Under the pieces are notes generated by a model that made no database searches, was not told the origin of the DNA, and saw only the letters and a program-made list of their open reading frames with translations. DNA of 64,000 nt, from the NCBI GenBank assembly GCA_038250435.1, contig JBBSCJ010000017.1, positions 3,450 through 67,449 of the forward strand. Reading direction: 5' to 3'. A program made the position numbers and the translations under genes. The DNA is from Gemmatimonadales bacterium. Lineage in GTDB: Bacteria > Gemmatimonadota > Gemmatimonadetes > Gemmatimonadales > Gemmatimonadaceae. Below, in pieces: positions 42,227-50,971 of this stretch. Each line of letters starts with the position of its first letter. The stretch's first letter is position 1.

Positions 42227-45010
42227 TCAGAGCGACCCGCGCACCAGCACCTGCACGGGAGCGGTGGACGAGATGGTCGTGCCGTTACCGAGTTGGCCGG
42301 CCGTTCCGGCTCCCCAGCAGAACACGGCATCGCTTCTCGTGACGGCGCACACCGTGGTGCCTTCCGGCGCGGCGAGGTTGACCGCCACGCGGCGAACATC
42401 GAGCGCGGGGTTCACCGCAACCGGGGTGGCCTGTACCGGCGAATCGGAGCCGTTGCCGAGGGCGCCGGAAGCGCCTGCCCCCCAGCAGAGCACGCGGTGG
42501 GTGACGGTCACGCCACACGTGGTAAAGCCACCGGCGGCAATCTGCGTGAACTTTTCGGTGGTATGTACGGCAACCGGCGCGCCCGAAACGCCGCCCGTGC
42601 TGCCGTCACCCAGCTGGCCGAATTCGCGCGAGCCCCAGCAATACGCCGATCCATCGGCGGTCAGGGCGCAGCTGTGCAGCGTGCCGGCATCGATCGTGGT
42701 GAAGGCCAGCGACGTCGATACGGGCACTGGTACGAGGCTCTTCACGTTCGCGCCCGCCGTGTCGCGCCCCGACTCGCTGCGGGCGTTACCACCCCAACAC
42801 CACGCCGCGCCTTCCGCCGTCAGTCCACAGGAGTGCGATTCACCGAGCGCCAGTGAGGTGAAGCGGGTGGTACCGGCGGCAACGGCGGTCGGTACTGCCA
42901 GCGAGAACAGGGGGGAGTTCGCACCGACCTGGCCTTCAGCGTTCCAACCCCAGCACCATGCCTCACCGCCGTTGGTCAGCGCGCAGCTGTGGAAGCCCCC
43001 ATTCGATACCTTCAGGAAAGTCGGCGTGGCGGTCGTCCCGACGGAGATCGGAGTGGTCGAGAAGAATCCGGTGGTACCGAGACCGAGCGCGCCGAAGAAG
43101 TTGAGCCCCCAGCAGAACACGGAGCTCGTGCGCGTGGCGCACGTGTGCGTAATGCCGGCGCTTAGCGAAAAAGCATCGTACGGCAGGTTTTCTGCGGCCC
43201 ACACCGGAAGCAGGCGCGGCGAGGTGTTCGTGCAGTCGCCCACCATGCCGAAGTCATTTTGCCCCCAGCACTGCAGGCGACGATCGCGGGCCATGAGGCA
43301 GGCGTGCAGCGACCCGACAACCACGTCGTCCGCGAGCGTACACGCAACAGCGATGTCGACCATGACGGCCCCTCCCGCCGGCGAGTTCACCGAGACCGGC
43401 GTGGCGCTGCATCCGACCGGCAGTCCGGAGAGGCTCAGAACATGCTGGCCGGCGGGGAGGAGCAGGCTGAACGCGCCGTTGGCGTCGGTCGTGTCGCGTA
43501 TGCCGAGCGTCGCGCTGATCACGACGTTTGCGAGAGCGACACCTTGCGGCGGGCTCACGATACCCGATACGGTTCCCGGTGCCGGCGGCTCCGGCGCGGC
43601 CACCGTCCAGCCGGAGTACCACGGCACGTTGTTCCGCGAGGCGTTCGCGGGCGTTACGGCGCCGACATAGTTCGCCGTGACGTCGAAAAATCCGTCGATG
43701 GGTGGCGTGGCAGCCGGACTCGTGGACGCCGATCCATTGGCGTTCGGGCGGAAGTCCGGCACGATCAGGTTCGTCGGATTGCGCAGCAGCGCAGCGATCG
43801 CCACTGGATCCGTCACCACGACCGTCGCGGTTAGGCCGTCGCTCAGCAGCTGCGCCTCGACCGTCGGCGACGCATACGGCGCACATCCAGAGGGATCGAC
43901 GTCCGGGCTGCCGAGAGTCACGTTCGCAGCCAGGACCAGGTGGCGGATGGATACGCCGTCAGCATTACCGGAAAAGTTGCAGGTCGCTTCGTTATCCAGG
44001 TCCAGCACCAACGCCGAGCTGTGCACAAGGATGTTGCGAAAGATCCCCCCGGTCCCCTCCCGAAAATGGAGCGCGGGTCGCTCTGCGGTCGGCGCCGCCG
44101 CCGAGGGCGCAATCACCGTTATGTTGTAGAGCGTCGGCTCGGATCGAGGGAGGTTGGCAGATCCGCCGCCTGTACCACCCGCATTGCTGCCGCTGATCCC
44201 GCCGGCCAGGCCATTGGCGTCCTGCTGCACCACGAGGAACTGTCCGCGTCCGCGCCAGCCGGCGCGCCAGGAGAGCCCGTAGCCGCCATTGGCGGTCAGG
44301 AACACTTGCCGGAGGTCCACGGCTCCGCCCACGATCGCCAGTCCGTCGCCCAGACTACGATTTACCTGCACCCCCTGCAGGCGCGTTCTGGAGCCGACGC
44401 CAAGCAGACGCAGGCCTTCGAACGCGTACTCGATGCGGAGGTACCGCAGCGCGCCGCTCGAGTCGGTATCCGCGCAGCCGCCGTACGCAGACGTGCCGTT
44501 GATCGCCTGCAAACATCCAGCGCCGCCTCCCTGGGGGTCGGCGGGACTGTCGGCGGTGCCAAAATTGAGACGGGCGAAGCCATGAACGCGCAGGCCCCTC
44601 CAGCACCCGGCGTAGCGCGGAACACTCGTACATGTCATGATGATCGGCTCGAGCAACGTGCCATTCGCGATCAACGCGCCGTCGCGCTGAATCGTGAGCG
44701 AAACACCCGGCCGCGCTTCGATCCGCGCTCCGGCTTCGATCACGAGTTCGCCGCCGGCTTCGACTGACAGCGGCCCGGCCAACTCGTGCACCTCGCCGCG
44801 GGATAGTACAATCCGCTCGCGGACATGTGTGACCGACGCTGCCGTGCCGATCACGTGACGCCGACTCTCAGCGGTGACGGGACCGGCAGACGTCGATCGA
44901 ATCAGGCGATCGGTGCGAGCCGCAGGCGTCGAGGTCGGGGCCACCAGCCAGGGCATCGTGATCGACGCCACAAGCCCACACAGCTGACGGGTCATACGGG
45001 GAAGGCGCAT
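42227..45010 (-). CDS. secreted protein: beta-helix-type module + CarbopepD_reg-like domain + RCC1 repeats
   Basis: Repeated RCC1-type units (HSCALTNGGEAWCWGWNAEGQVG, SHSCGLTAEGAAWCWGGN, LHSCALTADGSAYCWGSREFGQLG, TVCAVTRSDAVFCWGAGTAGQLG). The N-terminal half is paralogous to the 28370..30718 product. Confidence 0.75.
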   Translation of the reverse strand: MRLPRMTRQLCGLVASITMPWLVAPTSTPAARTDRLIRSTSAGPVTAESRRHVIGTAASVTHVRERIVLSRGEVHELAGPLSVEAGGELVIEAGARIEARPGVSLTIQRDGALIANGTLLEPIIMTCTSVPRYAGCWRGLRVHGFARLNFGTADSPADPQGGGAGCLQAINGTSAYGGCADTDSSGALRYLRIEYAFEGLRLLGVGSRTRLQGVQVNRSLGDGLAIVGGAVDLRQVFLTANGGYGLSWRAGWRGRGQFLVVQQDANGLAGGISGSNAGGTGGGSANLPRSEPTLYNITVIAPSAAAPTAERPALHFREGTGGIFRNILVHSSALVLDLDNEATCNFSGNADGVSIRHLVLAANVTLGSPDVDPSGCAPYASPTVEAQLLSDGLTATVVVTDPVAIAALLRNPTNLIVPDFRPNANGSASTSPAATPPIDGFFDVTANYVGAVTPANASRNNVPWYSGWTVAAPEPPAPGTVSGIVSPPQGVALANVVISATLGIRDTTDANGAFSLLLPAGQHVLSLSGLPVGCSATPVSVNSPAGGAVMVDIAVACTLADDVVVGSLHACLMARDRRLQCWGQNDFGMVGDCTNTSPRLLPVWAAENLPYDAFSLSAGITHTCATRTSSVFCWGLNFFGALGLGTTGFFSTTPISVGTTATPTFLKVSNGGFHSCALTNGGEAWCWGWNAEGQVGANSPLFSLAVPTAVAAGTTRFTSLALGESHSCGLTAEGAAWCWGGNARSESGRDTAGANVKSLVPVPVSTSLAFTTIDAGTLHSCALTADGSAYCWGSREFGQLGDGSTGGVSGAPVAVHTTEKFTQIAAGGFTTCGVTVTHRVLCWGAGASGALGNGSDSPVQATPVAVNPALDVRRVAVNLAAPEGTTVCAVTRSDAVFCWGAGTAGQLGNGTTISSTAPVQVLVRGSL

Positions 45011-45251
45011 TGGCGTGGGCGGTTTGGCGGCGCGTGCCGGCGGTGAAACGGACGATGAAGACGACGATGCTCCATCGTGCATCCGCGCGTGCCTGAGGGC
45101 ACGCTCCGACGTGCACCAATGCGGTCAAGGTGTGGTCACGGCCCATCACTTCGCCTCCAAACGCATGCACCATTCCAACCGCGCCTGGTGGCTCATCCGG
45201 CCCCCCCTGCTCGTGCCTTGCATGCGCTCCCAACATCACATCGAAGGCACC

Positions 45252-45995
45252 ATGCGTTCAAACCGTTTTTGTACCCGGCTGTTGTCCATCGCCCTCCTCG
45301 CGGCGTGCCGCGGCGACGCTGACCGTGCGTCAGCGAAACCGAGCGCCAAGGCGGTGCTCAATGACAGCTTCGTCGTTGATAGCATGACGAAGCGGGTACG
45401 CTACAGCGTGCGGCCGGCGCGTCCGCCCTTCGTGGCCTCTGCCGCGCTGCTCATTCCGAACACGGTCGCACTCGAATCGCCGGCGCCGGATTCCTTTCAT
45501 ATCGAGTTCGAAACCAGTCAGGGCACGATCAATGTCGCGGTAGTGCGGGCCTGGGCTCCCCTCGGCGTGGATCGCTTGCACTATCTGGCGCGCCACGGGT
45601 TCTTCACGGGCATGAAGTTTTACAAGGTGCAACGCGATTTCATCGCGCAGTTCGGCTATACCGGCAATCCCCAGGTGAGCGCGGTGTGGGACACCATGCA
45701 AATCGCCGACGAGCCGTCCGTGCAACCGCACGCGCCAGGGACGCTCGCCTTTGCCTCAAAAGGGCCGAATACCCGGTCGACCCTGCTGTTCTTCAATATG
45801 CGCAACAACCAGGGTCTGGAAGCCAGTGGGCTCGCGGTGGTCGGTCGCGTGGTGAAGGGGCTCGAGGTGCTGCCGCGCATTTATGACGTATACGGCCAGG
45901 GGTTGGGCGACGAGCGGATAATCAGGGAGGGCGACCGCTACCTCGAGGAGTTTGTCGACATGGACTACATCCTGCGCGCCACAGTGAAGCCGTAA
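45252..45995 (+). CDS. cyclophilin-type peptidyl-prolyl cis-trans isomerase lipoprotein
   Basis: ATG 45252. Lipobox LLAAC. Cyclophilin core FHIEFETSQGTINVAVVRAWAPLGVDRLHYLARHGFFTGMKFYKV...GTLAFASKGPNTRSTLLFFN. Confidence 0.85.
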   Translation: MRSNRFCTRLLSIALLAACRGDADRASAKPSAKAVLNDSFVVDSMTKRVRYSVRPARPPFVASAALLIPNTVALESPAPDSFHIEFETSQGTINVAVVRAWAPLGVDRLHYLARHGFFTGMKFYKVQRDFIAQFGYTGNPQVSAVWDTMQIADEPSVQPHAPGTLAFASKGPNTRSTLLFFNMRNNQGLEASGLAVVGRVVKGLEVLPRIYDVYGQGLGDERIIREGDRYLEEFVDMDYILRATVKP

Positions 45996-46128
45996 CGCGC
46001 CGGCGGGCCGCGTACGTGACGAAACATTCCCGATTCCCGACAGTTCGGTGACGGTGTCCTGCGTCGGTCGTTGGAGATGAACTGGTGCGCGTCGGCGCCC
46101 CCTTGTTCATGCCAGACGCGACCGGTTC

Positions 46129-46884
46129 ATGCAACGTTCTCAGATTGGTTGGTGTGCGTTGTTCACTTGCCTCGCGTCTGCCGCGTGCACCAGTGCCCTG
46201 CCGACCGAGTCCGCGCTGCCGCGCACGGACGGCAACAGCGCCCTGTCGCCGTTTCGCAGTTCCGCCTTCGCGGTGGAGATCTCCACCACCCGGCGCCAAG
46301 TGCGTGTTTCGGCGCCATCGGCGGCGAGCGCCGCCAGCCTCTTCAGCGCCGCCGGCGCGCCAGAGCCCGGCACAGGCCTGCATGCGTCGCTACTCTCATC
46401 AGATGCGGTCGAGATCCTCGCCTCCAACTACTCGGCTGGGGCCATTGGGGGCACGGTCCCCGGAAAGATTCTGATCACCTTTGACCTGACCATCGTGAAC
46501 CGGCTGCGAGAGGTGCGGTTGATCACCCCGACTTTCCCCTATCCGCCAGCGAACGTGACGGGGATTCAGGCGTTTCCGCTGGAAGTGGTTGCCCTCACGA
46601 CAGCGGGCGGTGTCACGGCGACGTCCGGTGTGATCACCGTGGCATCCCCCCGCGCCGGGACGGCCGTGCCGAGCGCGGACTGGGACGGCGCTCCGCACAG
46701 CTTTTTCAACGATGCAGGCTGCGGAGCCACTGCAAGCGATTGCTTCCGCTACGAGCCGTTTGGCGCGCTCGAAGCGCAAGCCGCATCAGCGCCGCGGCGT
46801 GTCGGCTTCCTTGTCGATCCCACGGTAGGCGATGTGCGCATTCGCATCATCGTCGCCGCCGACCTGCAGTCAAGGACGCGGTGA
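46129..46884 (+). CDS. hypothetical lipoprotein, stand-alone copy of the N-domain of the 30803..32611 product
   Basis: Lipobox-like LASAAC. Colinear similarity is visible by eye (VTGIQAFPLEV / VTGVQAFPFEI; FFNDAGCGATASDCFRYEPF / FFNDVGCTATANDCFRYEPF; VRIRIIVAADL / FRVRILVAADL). Confidence 0.6.
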   Translation: MQRSQIGWCALFTCLASAACTSALPTESALPRTDGNSALSPFRSSAFAVEISTTRRQVRVSAPSAASAASLFSAAGAPEPGTGLHASLLSSDAVEILASNYSAGAIGGTVPGKILITFDLTIVNRLREVRLITPTFPYPPANVTGIQAFPLEVVALTTAGGVTATSGVITVASPRAGTAVPSADWDGAPHSFFNDAGCGATASDCFRYEPFGALEAQAASAPRRVGFLVDPTVGDVRIRIIVAADLQSRTR

Positions 46885-46894
46885 GGGAGCGGGC

Positions 46895-47225
46895 TCAGGG
46901 CGCGCAGGGCACGCCGCCGTTGGCCTCGACCTGAATCTGGATGCCTTGAAAGGACAGCCGCACGGTGCCGGTGATGCCGGCTTCGAAGAAGCTCTCGCTG
47001 ACCGCGTCGTCGGGATTGCGGACCCGGAAGCGATTCCGGCAGATGGAGGACAGCACGACTCCCGCCGTGACGATCGTCGGTGTTGAACAGGTCACGGTCA
47101 CGTTGACGGTACCGACGCTGCGCGCACCCTGACCCGTCGATCCCTCGCGCCGGGGGGGGGGTGGTCGAGCCGCCGTTGAGAGGCGCATTGCCGGCGATGA
47201 TCACGCCTTCCCAGCAGCCGCGCAT
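46895..47225 (-). pseudogene. small ORF split by a frameshift at a C10 (G10 on + strand) homopolymer
   Basis: High-GC3 coding signal in one frame from ATG 47225 (MRGCWEGVIIAGNAPLNGGSTTPPP). It switches frame exactly at the homopolymer and continues to the stop at 46895 (…GTVNVTVTCSTPTIVTAGVV…QVEANGGVPCAP). The N-terminus resembles the GCWGG/GCWRG segment of the beta-helix modules. Confidence 0.45.
47152..47161. repeat. G10 homopolymer
   Basis: Ten consecutive G residues read directly from the sequence. Confidence 0.95.
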
Positions 47226-47245
47226 CGCGCAGGCATCGCCGTTTC

Positions 47246-49534
47246 CTACTCGATGCGCACAATCGCCATGCGCACATCCGCCGGCAGCGCGCTGTTGCGG
47301 CCGCCTTGGACCGACAACAGCTGCGGAACGGCGAAGGTCCCCGAAAGTTCAAAGAACGCATGGGCGCCACCGCGGATCAACGCGCCGTGTGTGCCGAACC
47401 CACCAAACGCGAGCGGCGTCGCGACGAGCGGAAACGCCGTTGGAAATCGATCTCGCCAGGCGGGCGCATTATTCAGGCCCGCATAGATGTCACGTAAATT
47501 CCACGAGGAGATCTCCAGCGCCGGCGACGGCGTGGCGAGGACGGGGTTGTCATCCAGCAGCAACGCCAGTCCCCAGCTGCCGATCAAGTAATCGGCTGTT
47601 GTGCCGGATACGCTGGTCAGATTGGTCATCCCGGTGGCGGTCGCGCTCGTCAGGGCACGGAAAAACGCCGGCTCGGAAACGGCGAATCGATCGGCGGCGT
47701 AGCGTACCAACGACCATGCAGGGCTGTAGAACGTAAAGCCGGATTGACCAAAAGCGTCCCCAAAGGGCGACCTGTTGGCGGGCTCAAGCAGTTTGTTGCG
47801 CAGCTCGCTGAAGTGGCGCCGCATCCCCGAATTTGGCCGACGTAGCGCGTCGCCATCGGCGCAGGAGGCATCCGAAAGATGGAAATCGCAGAACAGTCCC
47901 GATATCGCTGCGCTTCCGAAGCCGATATTGCCCTTCCACGGTTGGCGATACAGCGATTCGCGCGCCCATACCTCTTCGGCGTGTCGCGCCGTACTCTCTT
48001 CGAGCCACACCTGCTCAAAGTTTGCCGCGCCCGCTGCGACGCGCGCGGAGTTGGAGGCAAGGTGCTTTGCTTCGTGCACCACGCTACGCGAGATGAACGC
48101 GAACCATCCGTCGGGCGATTCGGTACTTTCAACGTTCAACAGGGGGGTCACCGGCACCGCTCCGTACATCAGCTGGCCAAAATTACTTCCGGGCGCCGTC
48201 GTGCGCGGAAACTGATCGCACGTCGTCACGTACGCCGCAGCACCGGTAGCGTTGAGCCGCTGCGAGAACACCATATGCACTTTGCCGTCATTGTCGGTTT
48301 CGGCGTCGCGCAACAGCGGATCACCAAAAGTACGCGCCACCGACGCGTACTGCTCTTCATCGAAGATCTGACCGATGCGTGCGTAGTAGCCGGCGAGCCG
48401 CGCATCCGCGTTCGACTGCAGCGTGTTCGTCGTATCCTCCCAGATGATCGAACGCGTGCCCACGCGAATCGCTCGTGTGCGCATGACGCGTGAACGGTCA
48501 TTGCAGCTCGCGCCGAAGGTAAAGAAAAAGTCCCGTAACTCGCCGGTCGTAACGGCCATCGCTGCAGCGCGTTGACCCGGCAGTCGTTCGCGCAACGATG
48601 AGGGCGCGGCAGACATCAACCGCTCAGCCTCGCGGCGATCGCGCTCCAGATGTTCGCCGTGAATCGCCTCGGGCGTCGGTACCCGGGGCTGCTCGCTGCC
48701 GAGCACTTCGGCGCGCACCGGCACCGCCGGCACCGCCGACAGCGCCGTCTGCGGTGCATTGCCTGACAGCACGATATCCGCGACGGCATTCGCCGACACG
48801 GCCACATTGAACAGCGCAAGCAGATAACGGTCCGAACCGCCGATTGGTACCAACTCGTTGCACGTCGATGCGCTGGCGTTGGGCGTGATCAACAGTTGCC
48901 CGACAAGCAATGAGATCGGCGTCACGTCGACCGACAAGGAGCGCCGTATGGGTGGGGCATCGGCGACAGTCAGCACCAGTTCTGCGGGTCCGCTTTCCAT
49001 ACACGGCACATCGATGTCCAGACTCCTGCCTGTGGTGGCGACGATGGTCGCGCGTTGACCACGCACGGTCACGAAAACGCCCAAGGATGACGCCGCAAAC
49101 CCATCCCCATCGATGCGGGCTCTCGCCCCGGCTCGCAGTACCGATGGGGTACTAGCCGCAATCGACGGCAGGGGCGTAACGGTGAGACTCAGCGACCCTT
49201 GTCGCATCTCGCTGGTCGCGGTGACGAGCACGGTGCCCGCGCGCAAGGAGGTCAGCAGACCGGCGTCATCGATCGCGGCGATCGTCGGATCGCTGGTGCT
49301 CCACGTGACGGCACGTCCGGTCAACCCGGATCCGGCGGCGTCGCGCGGCACGGCGGCAAACCGCTGGGTGGAGCCCACGACCACTATCGTAGAAGGCGCT
49401 GCGACGGAGACGGTGGCTACCTGCGTTGCGACCGTGGGTGGTGATGTCGAGCCGTCCCGGCATGCGCCAAACACCAACATGGCGCTCAGCCCTGCAGCAA
49501 TGACAGCGGTCGATCGAGATGGAAACGACGGCAC
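47246..49534 (-). CDS. gluzincin-like metallopeptidase lipoprotein with Big_2 domain
   Basis: GTG 49534 preceded by GGGAGAG. Lipobox LVFGAC. Big_2-like AVTWSTSDPTIAAIDDAGLLTSLRAGTVLVTA. HEAKH followed by VWLEESTARHAEE. Paralogue of the 25013..26839 product. Confidence 0.65.
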   Translation of the reverse strand: MPSFPSRSTAVIAAGLSAMLVFGACRDGSTSPPTVATQVATVSVAAPSTIVVVGSTQRFAAVPRDAAGSGLTGRAVTWSTSDPTIAAIDDAGLLTSLRAGTVLVTATSEMRQGSLSLTVTPLPSIAASTPSVLRAGARARIDGDGFAASSLGVFVTVRGQRATIVATTGRSLDIDVPCMESGPAELVLTVADAPPIRRSLSVDVTPISLLVGQLLITPNASASTCNELVPIGGSDRYLLALFNVAVSANAVADIVLSGNAPQTALSAVPAVPVRAEVLGSEQPRVPTPEAIHGEHLERDRREAERLMSAAPSSLRERLPGQRAAAMAVTTGELRDFFFTFGASCNDRSRVMRTRAIRVGTRSIIWEDTTNTLQSNADARLAGYYARIGQIFDEEQYASVARTFGDPLLRDAETDNDGKVHMVFSQRLNATGAAAYVTTCDQFPRTTAPGSNFGQLMYGAVPVTPLLNVESTESPDGWFAFISRSVVHEAKHLASNSARVAAGAANFEQVWLEESTARHAEEVWARESLYRQPWKGNIGFGSAAISGLFCDFHLSDASCADGDALRRPNSGMRRHFSELRNKLLEPANRSPFGDAFGQSGFTFYSPAWSLVRYAADRFAVSEPAFFRALTSATATGMTNLTSVSGTTADYLIGSWGLALLLDDNPVLATPSPALEISSWNLRDIYAGLNNAPAWRDRFPTAFPLVATPLAFGGFGTHGALIRGGAHAFFELSGTFAVPQLLSVQGGRNSALPADVRMAIVRIE

Positions 49535-49925
49535 TGGTCGCTCTCCCGTACAAGGGTACCGTCGTGTCGCTGTCGGCCACTGGCTGAAGCGGTAGGCGTG
49601 GGAAAAGCTAGCGAAACCGTGCCGACGCGCCGGATGCGAATCGCATTTGTTGAGGAGTTGTGACGTACAGCCGCGATGCTCTGTGCGCGTCGTCACCTCG
49701 GCCGTGTGGTCGGCGGTGCTGCGCGGACATGTCACGTTTCTGTGGCGCTTCGGGCTTTCGCGTGAGGCCGGGCTGACGCGCGCACTGAATAGCTGAATCT
49801 GCGCTCAAGTCTGGGCACCCGGCGCCGATAGTTGCTGATGGAGGGACGCGCCGCGGCGTCTGGCCACCCGCAACTCGTCGAGAACAATCGGTGAGCACGC
49901 ATTAACGCCTATTCAGAGGTGCCGC

Positions 49926-50477
49926 TTGGCACTGGACATTCGACATGCGCTCTCCGCGAGCGCGCCGGAATCGCTATCCGAGCTCCGGGAGATGTTAGGG
50001 AGCCTCGAAGCACAGTTGGTCACGCTGTACGAGGAGAAGGAAGAGTGGAGCGCCAGCTCCGCTGCACCGGACGAGACACTCACGGCGCTGTATGAAGACA
50101 AGCAGCGGCTGAGCGCCCGTACCATCGCTGATCTCCGGGCCAGCGTGGACAGCTTTTCGGCGCAACTCGCCGAATTTTATGAGGGACGCGAGCACGAGGG
50201 CGCGGCAGTCGGCGCTGGCAGTTCCGCTGAGCTGCTCGTATCGCTCCAGTCGTTCGAGGCGCAGCTGCACGCGCTTTATGACGAGCGTTCGCTTCAGCCC
50301 TTCGGACATGGTGAGGCGGTGGAAATGGTGCATAGCCTTGAAGCGCAGCTGGTCGCGCTGCTCGATGAACGCAACGAGCTCGCCGAGCAACTCGCCCGCG
50401 CCGCGCAGGACGTGAACACCGCCAAACGGCGTGCCCGTGAGCTCGTGAACGCCGTGGTCGATCAAACATTCGCCTGA
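49926..50477 (+). CDS. coiled-coil protein with internal S-[LF]-[ES]-AQL-x-x-[LF]-Y-[DE]-E repeats, first gene of the pyp operon
   Basis: TTG 49926 preceded by GAGG. Repeats LGSLEAQLVTLYEEKEEW, LTALYEDKQRL, VDSFSAQLAEFYEGREHE, LQSFEAQLHALYDERSL, VHSLEAQLVALLDERNEL. Confidence 0.55.
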   Translation: MALDIRHALSASAPESLSELREMLGSLEAQLVTLYEEKEEWSASSAAPDETLTALYEDKQRLSARTIADLRASVDSFSAQLAEFYEGREHEGAAVGAGSSAELLVSLQSFEAQLHALYDERSLQPFGHGEAVEMVHSLEAQLVALLDERNELAEQLARAAQDVNTAKRRARELVNAVVDQTFA

Positions 50478-50527
50478 GCGCTATCGCGCTCGACTACCCA
50501 ACACTCGTGCCAGTTCTGGAGGTTTCT

Positions 50528-50902
50528 GTGTCGTTTGTTCCTTCGCAGTTCATGTCGCAAATCCCGTCGGTTGACCGCAGCCATGCTGATGATCAGTCTT
50601 TTGGTGTCGTGCAGGTTGACGACGCCGGTGTGATCAAGCTGTACAACCGGTTCGAGTCCGAGATGGCCGGCGTGGCCGTGAGTGCAGCCGAAGGCCGGAA
50701 CTTCTTCACGCACGTCGCGCCGTGTACCAACAATCGGCTCATGTTCGGCAAGTTCAAGGATGGCGTGGCCAAGGGTGAGCTCGACACCGAGTTCAACTAC
50801 ACGTTCACCTACAAGATGAAGCCGACGAACGTGCAGATCCGTTTGTATCGCCACGCCCCGTCCGCGACCAACTGGGTGCTTGTCGGCCTGCGCGCCGCGT
50901 AA
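50528..50902 (+). CDS. pyp: photoactive yellow protein (PYP, PAS-fold 4-hydroxycinnamyl photoreceptor)
   Basis: 124-aa product from GTG 50528, 5 nt after GGAGG (50518-50522). Colinear with Halorhodospira PYP as I recall it: [24 protein letters not shown] vs [71 protein letters not shown] vs [47 protein letters not shown]. Chromophore Cys codon TGT at 50723-50725. Confidence 0.9.
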   Translation: [124 protein letters not shown]

Positions 50903-50924
50903 TCATTTCTCGGCTGGAACTCGT

Positions 50925-50970
50925 GGGGCAGCACACCCGTTGCTGCCCCTGCGTGCTCGCTTTCTCTTTC
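50925..50970 (+). terminator. hairpin + T-rich tract immediately after pyp (intrinsic terminator/attenuator)
   Basis: GGGGCAGCA (50925-50933), loop CACCCGT, TGCTGCCCC (50941-50949), then ...GCTTTCTCTTTC (to 50970). Confidence 0.5.
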
Positions 50971-50971
50971 G

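Noticed and set aside
45015-45251. 79-aa N-terminal extension of the cyclophilin ORF
   Set aside because: The extension overlaps the divergent RCC1 gene's start region and has non-protein-like composition. The ATG at 45252 gives a normal lipoprotein signal.
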